IMG/VR virus record: IMGVR_UViG_2778261156_000003
Location: 1 to 28,174 of that record
Strand: one strand, 5' to 3'
Origin: a virus
Lineage: Duplodnaviria > Heunggongvirae > Uroviricota > Caudoviricetes
DNA: 28,174 nt
How positions within the stretch are numbered: position 1 is the stretch's first letter; every line of letters begins with the position of its first letter. This document shows, piece after piece, positions 15,842 to 28,174 of the stretch. Below the pieces are notes generated by a model. That model was not told where the DNA came from. It saw only the letters and a list, made by a program, of their open reading frames with translations, and searched no databases. The translations under genes were made by a program, and so were the position numbers.

Positions 15842-16029
15842 ATCCAGTATTTGCACTTATTCTGACGGTTTTTCTTGTTTCCGGAGAGCCAGTTGATATT
15901 GCAGTCAGTGTTCACAGAACAATGCAGGAATGTATGGCAGCAGCAACCGAACAGAAAATTCCAGGCAACTGTTATCCGGTCGATAAAGTTATTCACCAGG
16001 ATAATAACGAAATCCCGGCAGGATTTTAA
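15838..16029 (+). CDS. ydfD: YdfD-like small membrane lysis protein
   Basis: Product MNPVFALILTVFLVSGEPVDIAVSVHRTMQECMAAATEQKIPGNCYPVDKVIHQDNNEIPAGF. Its ATG overlaps the dicB stop (ATGA). Confidence 0.85.
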   Translation: MNPVFALILTVFLVSGEPVDIAVSVHRTMQECMAAATEQKIPGNCYPVDKVIHQDNNEIPAGF

Positions 16030-16122
16030 AACAGCACCGTAATAAATATCCAGTTTCATTCTTATATGTCAGCAATGGCAGAGATTTGTTCACCCTTAAA
16101 TCTGTGATGAGGTTTACCAATA

Positions 16123-18564
16123 ATGAGCACTGATAAAGAAGAATTTGCACTATATTGCGAAGCAAAAAATGACAAAGTAAGAAAACGCCTAGGAATTAAA
16201 GGTGGTTTTTACTGGACTACAGCAAAAAAATTATCTGTTGCAATCTCCCGCTGCATTACCGCAATGGATGACAACGATTATGATGAAGACGACTTTAAAA
16301 AACCCGTCCGCGTCAATTTGCCCGTTGTTGACGACCTTCCGCCAGAAGGCGTGTTTGATACTGAATTCTGCAACCGCTATGAAAAAGGCGGGAAAGATGG
16401 CATCACAATGACATTTATCGGCCCTTCCCCCTCTGTTCAGGACAAACCAGCCAGCACTGACAATACCAACATCAACGGCGAAGACATGACTGAGATTGAG
16501 GAGAGCATGCTTCTGCCTGTCTCCGGTCAGGAACTGCCCATTCGTTGGCTTGCTCAACACGGCAGCGAAAAACCAGTAACGCACGTTTCACGCGACGAAC
16601 TCCAGGCATTACACATTGCACGGGCTGAAGAACTACCGGCTGTTACTGCCCTGGCTATTTCGCATAAAACCAGTCTGCTCGACTCGCTGGAGATTCGCGA
16701 CCTCCACAAACTGGTTCGTGACACTGACAAAGTTTTCCCTAATCCTGGTAATTCAGACCTGGGACTAATAACTGCTTTTTTCGAAGCATACCTGGACGCT
16801 GACTACACTGATCGGGGTCTGCTGACAAAAGAGTGGATGAAAGGAAATCGTGTTTCACGCATCACCCACACGGCTTCCGGTGCTAATGCTGGCGGTGGGA
16901 ACAAAACCGATCGCAATCCGAATTTAGTACACACCCTCGACACACTGGATGTGGAGATTGCAGCAGCCACACTTCCGATGGATTTTAATATTTATGAAAT
17001 TCCGGGCAGCGTTTATCGTCGCGCAAAAGAAGTAGTCCTGAACAAAGAAAGTCCGTTCAAAGAATGGTCCGCAGCACTTCGTGCAACCCCGGGTATTCTG
17101 GACTATTCCCGCGCCGCTATTTTTGCACTTATCCGAAGCGCACACCCTGAATTTTATCACTACCCGGGACGCCTTCAGGGGTATATCAACGCCTATTTGA
17201 CGGAAACTGATCACGAGAACCCCAGCAAGGAAACTCTCACAACTGCCCGGCATACGCCGGAAAAAGATATCCTGGAAGAAATTTACCGCGAGGTGGTTAC
17301 TGAGCGTGAAACAGAAGAAGAAAAACCACAACCATCTGACGCAATGGCAGGTGAACAGGCAACAACTGAAACAATGGAACCGGATACAACTGAACATGGC
17401 CAGAACGCGCAGTCGCTGGATGCTCAGTCGCAGGTGAGTTCCGCTAACCAAGTAAAAGTCACCGCTGACGAAGTAAACAAAATTATGCAGGCAGCCAATA
17501 TCAGCCAGCCTGACGCCGATAAGTTACTTGCTGTATCGCGTGGTGAATTTGTTGAGGGGATTAGCGACCCTAATGATCCGAAATGGGTCAAGGGGATCCA
17601 GACTCGCGATTCTGTGAACCAGAACCAGCATGAATCGGAACGGAACAACCAAAAAGCGGAACAAAACAGCCCAAATGCGTTACAAAACGAGCCAGAAACG
17701 AAACAATCCGAACCAGTAGCGCAACAGGAACCGGAAAAAGTCTGCACCGCCTGCGGTCAGAGCGGTGGCGGCAACTGCCCTGATTGTGGCGCGGTGATGG
17801 GCGACGCAACATACCAGGAAACATTCGATGAAGAGAATCAGGTTGAAGTTCAGGAAAATGATCCGGAGGAAATGGAAGGCGCTGAACATCCACACAAGGA
17901 GAACCCTGGCGGCAATCAGCATCACGCCAGCGATAATAAAACTGGCGAGGCGACAGATCCCTTAATTAAGGTGAATGGTCATCATAAGCTCACATCCACC
18001 AGCAGAGCGGGGATTCATCTGATGATCGACCTTGAAACCATGGGAAAAAATCCCGATGCCCCGATTATCTCAATAGGCGCAATATTTTTCGATCCACAAA
18101 CCGGAGATATGGGACCGGAATTTAGCAAGACCATCGATCTGGATACTGCTGGCGGAGTCATTGATCGTGACGTCATTAAATGGTGGCTAAAGCAATCACG
18201 TGAAGCGCAGTCTGCCATTATGACCGATGAAATCCCGTTAGATGATGCACTACTGCAATTGCGGGAATTTATCGACGAAAACTCCGGTGAATTTTTTGTT
18301 CAGGTCTGGGGTAATGGGGCCAACTTCGACAACGTGATTTTACGCCGTTCATACGAACGACAGGGTATCCCCTGCCCGTGGCGCTACTGCAACGATCGCG
18401 ATGTACGCACAATCGTTGAGCTGGGGAAAGCCATAGACTTCGATGCCAGAACTGCTATCCCATTCGAAGGTGAGCGCCATAATGCACTTGATGACGCTCG
18501 TTACCAGGCAAAATACGTTTCAGCTATCTGGCAAAAACTGATCCCGAGTCAGGCTGATTTTTAA
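16123..18564 (+). CDS. Large early-left protein (813 aa): long acidic N-terminal region with zinc ribbon, C-terminal DnaQ-like DEDDh 3'-5' exonuclease domain (YdfE/RecE-N-terminal-like)
   Basis: C-terminus carries Exo I (MIDLETMG), Exo II (VWGNGANFDNVIL) and Exo III (HNALDDARYQAKY) motifs. A zinc ribbon CTACGQSGGGNCPDCG is present. N-terminal segments (e.g. NGEDMTEIEESMLLPVSGQELPIRWLAQHGSEKPVTHVSRD) resemble the N-terminal region of RecE/YdfE as recalled. GAGG RBS. Confidence 0.8.
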   Translation: MSTDKEEFALYCEAKNDKVRKRLGIKGGFYWTTAKKLSVAISRCITAMDDNDYDEDDFKKPVRVNLPVVDDLPPEGVFDTEFCNRYEKGGKDGITMTFIGPSPSVQDKPASTDNTNINGEDMTEIEESMLLPVSGQELPIRWLAQHGSEKPVTHVSRDELQALHIARAEELPAVTALAISHKTSLLDSLEIRDLHKLVRDTDKVFPNPGNSDLGLITAFFEAYLDADYTDRGLLTKEWMKGNRVSRITHTASGANAGGGNKTDRNPNLVHTLDTLDVEIAAATLPMDFNIYEIPGSVYRRAKEVVLNKESPFKEWSAALRATPGILDYSRAAIFALIRSAHPEFYHYPGRLQGYINAYLTETDHENPSKETLTTARHTPEKDILEEIYREVVTERETEEEKPQPSDAMAGEQATTETMEPDTTEHGQNAQSLDAQSQVSSANQVKVTADEVNKIMQAANISQPDADKLLAVSRGEFVEGISDPNDPKWVKGIQTRDSVNQNQHESERNNQKAEQNSPNALQNEPETKQSEPVAQQEPEKVCTACGQSGGGNCPDCGAVMGDATYQETFDEENQVEVQENDPEEMEGAEHPHKENPGGNQHHASDNKTGEATDPLIKVNGHHKLTSTSRAGIHLMIDLETMGKNPDAPIISIGAIFFDPQTGDMGPEFSKTIDLDTAGGVIDRDVIKWWLKQSREAQSAIMTDEIPLDDALLQLREFIDENSGEFFVQVWGNGANFDNVILRRSYERQGIPCPWRYCNDRDVRTIVELGKAIDFDARTAIPFEGERHNALDDARYQAKYVSAIWQKLIPSQADF

Positions 18565-18622
18565 TGTTCAACCCTAATTGCCGCTAACCGTATATAGTTA
18601 GCGGCGGTTATGAGATATAGCT

Positions 18623-18826
18623 ATGAGCAGCTTATTTTTAACCGAAGATGAATTGCTAATATTAACGGGCTGCAAATATGCAAGCCACCAGCGAAAATGG
18701 CTAATGGAAAACGGGCTTCCGTTCTATACCAATCGTAGTGGCAAACCGATTGTCAGCCGGGATCTATTTACCTGCAATAAAACTTTACCACCACGCGAGG
18801 TAGAGCCGAATTTTGGTGCGATCTGA
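18623..18826 (+). CDS. Excisionase-like protein (Xis/DUF4224-like)
   Basis: 67-aa product MSSLFLTEDELLILTGCKYASHQRKWLMENGLPFYTNRSGKPIVSRDLF... lies immediately upstream of the integrase, overlapping it by 1 nt (ATGA). Confidence 0.7.
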   Translation: MSSLFLTEDELLILTGCKYASHQRKWLMENGLPFYTNRSGKPIVSRDLFTCNKTLPPREVEPNFGAI

Positions 18827-19851
18827 TGGGAAGACGAAGGAAAAATCCTGAACACGAAAAATTACCTCCAAATGTATACCCAAATAAATATAGTTATGTA
18901 TGGAAACCAACATCCAGAGAATCTGTCACACTAACCGCCATCAAGGATGGTTTAGCTGCTTTATGGAAAAAGTATGAGGAAACTGTAAATAATCGCGATC
19001 GTGCAATGACATTCGGTCGCTTGTGGGAAAAATTCCTCGCCAGCGCCTATTACAGTGACCTTAGTCCAAGAACACAAAAAGATTATCTGCAACATCAAAA
19101 AAAGTTGCTTGCCGTATTCGGTAAGGTACCAGCGGATTCCATAAAACCAGAACACATCCGTCGATACATGGACAAAAGAGGGGAGCAGAGTAAAACGCAA
19201 GCCAACCATGAAAAAAGCAGTATGTCCCGTGTTTACAGTTGGGGGTATGAGCGAGGGTACGTGAAGGCTAACCCATGTGCAGGTGTAAGTAAATTCAAGG
19301 CCAAAAACCGCGAACGATATGTAACCGACAAAGAATACCAGGCAGTATTAAGCGTTGCACCTCTTCCTGTTTTTATCGCAATGGAAATTGCCTATCTGTG
19401 TGCAGCGAGGGTTTCCGATGTGTTATCGCTGAAATGGGAACAGATTGGAAACGACGGGATATTCATCCAGCAAGGGAAAACCGGAAAAAAACAGATAAAA
19501 GCATGGAGCCCACGATTACAGGCAGCGATCGAAAAAGCAAAACAGTTACCAAAATCTGCCTATGTGATCAGCAATCAATACGGCAACCGATATATGTACA
19601 AAGGCTTTAACGAAATGTGGGTAGATGCAAGAAATCGTGCTGGAAAAATTTCAGGTATTTTAACCGACTTCACCTTTCATGATCTGAAGGCGAAAGGAAT
19701 TTCAGACTATGAAGGAAGCAGCCGGGATAAGCAACTTTTCTCTGGTCACAAAACCGAAGGGCAAGTGCTAATCTATGACAGGAAGGTTAAAGTTTCACCA
19801 ACACTTGATGTCCCGTTACCTGAAAATATTCCAAGAAAATATTCCAAGTAA
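18826..19851 (+). CDS. int: Tyrosine-type phage integrase
   Basis: 341-aa product with an ARVSDVLSLKW box and C-terminal HDLK...GHKTEGQVLIYDR catalytic region. Adjacent to the tRNA-Ser 3' end. Confidence 0.9.
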   Translation: MGRRRKNPEHEKLPPNVYPNKYSYVWKPTSRESVTLTAIKDGLAALWKKYEETVNNRDRAMTFGRLWEKFLASAYYSDLSPRTQKDYLQHQKKLLAVFGKVPADSIKPEHIRRYMDKRGEQSKTQANHEKSSMSRVYSWGYERGYVKANPCAGVSKFKAKNRERYVTDKEYQAVLSVAPLPVFIAMEIAYLCAARVSDVLSLKWEQIGNDGIFIQQGKTGKKQIKAWSPRLQAAIEKAKQLPKSAYVISNQYGNRYMYKGFNEMWVDARNRAGKISGILTDFTFHDLKAKGISDYEGSSRDKQLFSGHKTEGQVLIYDRKVKVSPTLDVPLPENIPRKYSK

Positions 19852-19903
19852 TTCCAAGTGTGATTTTTGTCACTGACTTAATGATGTGTAAGTGATTGAA
19901 TTT

Positions 19904-19993
19904 TGGCGGAGAGAGGGGGATTTGAACCCCCGGTGGAGTTGCCCCCACTCCGGTTTTCGAGACCGGTCCGTTCAGCCGCTCCGGCATCTCTCC
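19904..19993 (-). tRNA. serU: tRNA-Ser (anticodon CGA); prophage integration target
   Basis: Reverse complement GGAGAGATGCCGGAGCGGCTGAACGGACCGGTCTCGAAAACCGGAGTGGGGGCAACTCCACCGGGGGTTCAAATCCCCCTCTCTCCGCCA. Long variable arm and anticodon loop CTCGAAA. Confidence 0.9.
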
Positions 19994-20086
19994 GTTCAGA
20001 TGGTTGCCATGATGCCAGGAAATTTGGCATTTTAACAGTCCCTGTCCGTGCAATTTTGTTCAAGTGACGAGTTTGCGAGCAAAACG

Positions 20087-20884
20087 ATGATTAAGTGGCC
20101 CTGGAAAGTACAAGAATCAGCACATCAAACTGCCCTTCCCTGGCAGGAAGCACTATCGATCCCCCTTTTAACGTGTCTGACGGAACAGGAACAAAGCAAA
20201 TTAGTCACTCTTGCCGAACGTTTTTTACAGCAAAAGCGGCTTGTTCCTTTACAGGGCTTTGAACTGGATTCATTAAGAAGCTGCCGGATAGCACTTCTAT
20301 TTTGCCTACCCGTTCTGGAGTTAGGACTGGAATGGCTGGATGGTTTTCATGAAGTCTTAATTTATCCTGCGCCATTTGTGGTCGATGATGAATGGGAAGA
20401 CGATATCGGTCTGGTGCATAACCAACGTATTGTTCAGTCAGGTCAGAGCTGGCAGCAAGGGCCTATCGTTTTGAACTGGTTGGATATACAAGATTCTTTT
20501 GATGCTTCTGGTTTTAACCTGATTATTCATGAAGTCGCTCATAAGCTGGACACCCGTAACGGCGATCGCGCCAGCGGAGTTCCCTTTATTCCGTTGCGTG
20601 AGGTTGCTGGCTGGGAACACGATCTTCATGCTGCAATGAACAACATTCAGGAAGAAATCGAATTGGTTGGCGAGAATGCGGCGAGCATTGATGCTTATGC
20701 TGCCAGTGATCCTGCTGAATGTTTTGCCGTACTTTCTGAATATTTCTTTAGCGCCCCAGAACTTTTTGCTCCTCGTTTCCCTTCATTGTGGCAACGTTTC
20801 TGCCAATTTTATCAACAAGATCCTTTGCAGAGACTGCATCGCACTAATGATACAGACTCGTTTTCGGCGACGAATGTTCATTAA
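20087..20884 (+). CDS. mtfA: Mlc titration factor A (zinc-dependent peptidase MtfA)
   Basis: 265-aa product starting [23 protein letters not shown]... with an HEVAH zinc-binding motif. Matches E. coli MtfA as recalled. Confidence 0.9.
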
Positions 20885-20937
20885 TTAACAACTTTGCAGA
20901 TTAATTAACCAATTGAAATGACTTATGAAATTTAGTG

Positions 20938-20966
20938 TTGACAGACAAGGTACCGCTAAGTAATAT
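20938..20966 (+). promoter_or_regulatory. asnT promoter (sigma-70 -35 TTGACA / -10 TAATAT, 17-bp spacer, GC-rich discriminator)
   Basis: TTGACA at 20938-20943 and TAATAT at 20961-20966 are followed by GCGCCCC, typical of stringently controlled tRNA promoters. Confidence 0.6.
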
Positions 20967-20984
20967 GCGCCCCGTTCACACGAT

Positions 20985-21060
20985 TCCTCTGTAGTTCAGT
21001 CGGTAGAACGGCGGACTGTTAATCCGTATGTCACTGGTTCGAGTCCAGTCAGAGGAGCCA
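20985..21060 (+). tRNA. asnT: tRNA-Asn (anticodon GUU)
   Basis: TCCTCTGTAGTTCAGTCGGTAGAACGGCGGACTGTTAATCCGTATGTCACTGGTTCGAGTCCAGTCAGAGGAGCCA is the canonical E. coli tRNA-Asn. Confidence 0.95.
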
Positions 21061-21150
21061 AATTCTAAAAATTCGCTTTTTTAGCGCAATGTCACTGACC
21101 TTAGTTGAACATTGTTTTTTAACGGATAGCGGGTTTTTAACATCTTAAGC

Positions 21151-21182
21151 GCCCTCGACCTTTATGGTTGAGGGCGTTTTGC
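21151..21182 (+). terminator. Rho-independent terminator downstream of asnT
   Basis: GCCCTC (21151-21156) / GAGGGC (21170-21175) hairpin followed by GTTTT. Confidence 0.6.
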
Positions 21183-21373
21183 TATGAACGCCATCACCAT
21201 TTTCCCCTCGATTATAAAACTTGAGTTATTCAGTAGTCTCCCCTCTTGCAACTCACCCCCAAAACTGCCTAACGAAAAGTTATTAATTTTCAATCATATT
21301 GCTATCAGGATTTACATTTTTTCGCTGTGCTAGAAAGGGCGCATGTATGTTAGCTCGTTCAGGGAAGGTAAGC

Positions 21374-28000
<6,627 letters not shown>

Positions 28001-28004
<4 letters not shown>

Positions 28005-28174
28005 GCGAGGTTCTGGTTTTCAAATTGTTCCGGACTGAGGCCACCACACCAACTGTGCCGCCGCCACCGATTGTAATCACATTCGATATAATTAAATACC
28101 GTTGCCCGCATTATTTCCCGGCTGATAAAGTGTTCTCCATGGATACATTCCACTTTCAGCGAATGAAAGAAGCT
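28001..28174 (-). CDS. IS3-family transposase OrfB, C-terminal fragment (5' end outside window)
   Basis: Minus-strand translation ...[57 protein letters not shown] with stop at 28003-28001 matches the IS3 InsF C-terminus as recalled. Confidence 0.8.

Noticed and set aside
16231-17925. Minus-strand ORFs inside the 813-aa gene (16231-16584, 16924-17451, 17424-17747, 17588-17893, 17680-17925)
   Set aside because: All antisense to a long ORF with recognisable exonuclease motifs; Cys/Phe-rich junk translations.
19852-19950. Exact attR core
   Set aside because: The core must overlap the tRNA-Ser 3' end, but the second copy (attL) lies outside the window, so the boundaries cannot be fixed.

Overview
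This window looks like an Escherichia coli-type chromosomal segment. Positions 1-19903 are the right arm of a Qin/lambdoid-like prophage integrated at the 3' end of tRNA-Ser(CGA) (serU); it is followed by mtfA, tRNA-Asn (asnT) and a yeeJ-like inverse-autotransporter adhesin gene that is frameshifted near its 5' end and cut at its 3' end by an IS3-family element. Prophage order from right to left: int-xis; an early-left operon (813-aa protein with a DEDDh 3'-5' exonuclease domain, ydfD, dicB, dicF sRNA, ydfC/B/A); a CI-like repressor flanked by two pairs of 12-bp palindromic operators; cro/YdaS-like and YdaT-like genes; an O-like initiator carrying five 15-bp-spaced iterons; a DnaC-like loader; nin-region genes; a QueH-like (DUF208) gene; hok; an AT-rich lipoprotein moron; DUF968; RusA; Q; a DNA methyltransferase; phage tRNA-Thr and tRNA-Gly; a holin/membrane-protein/GH108-endolysin lysis cassette; and a bor-like fragment. 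The best candidate for an undescribed system is an AT-rich, opposite-strand gene (4847-5971) inserted between Q and the putative late promoter, encoding a 374-aa protein with an acidic soluble N-domain and a C-terminal two-helix membrane hairpin. This is the architecture of a single-gene abortive-infection or superinfection-exclusion effector, but it is unverified. All family assignments are from reading translations against memory; no database search was run.
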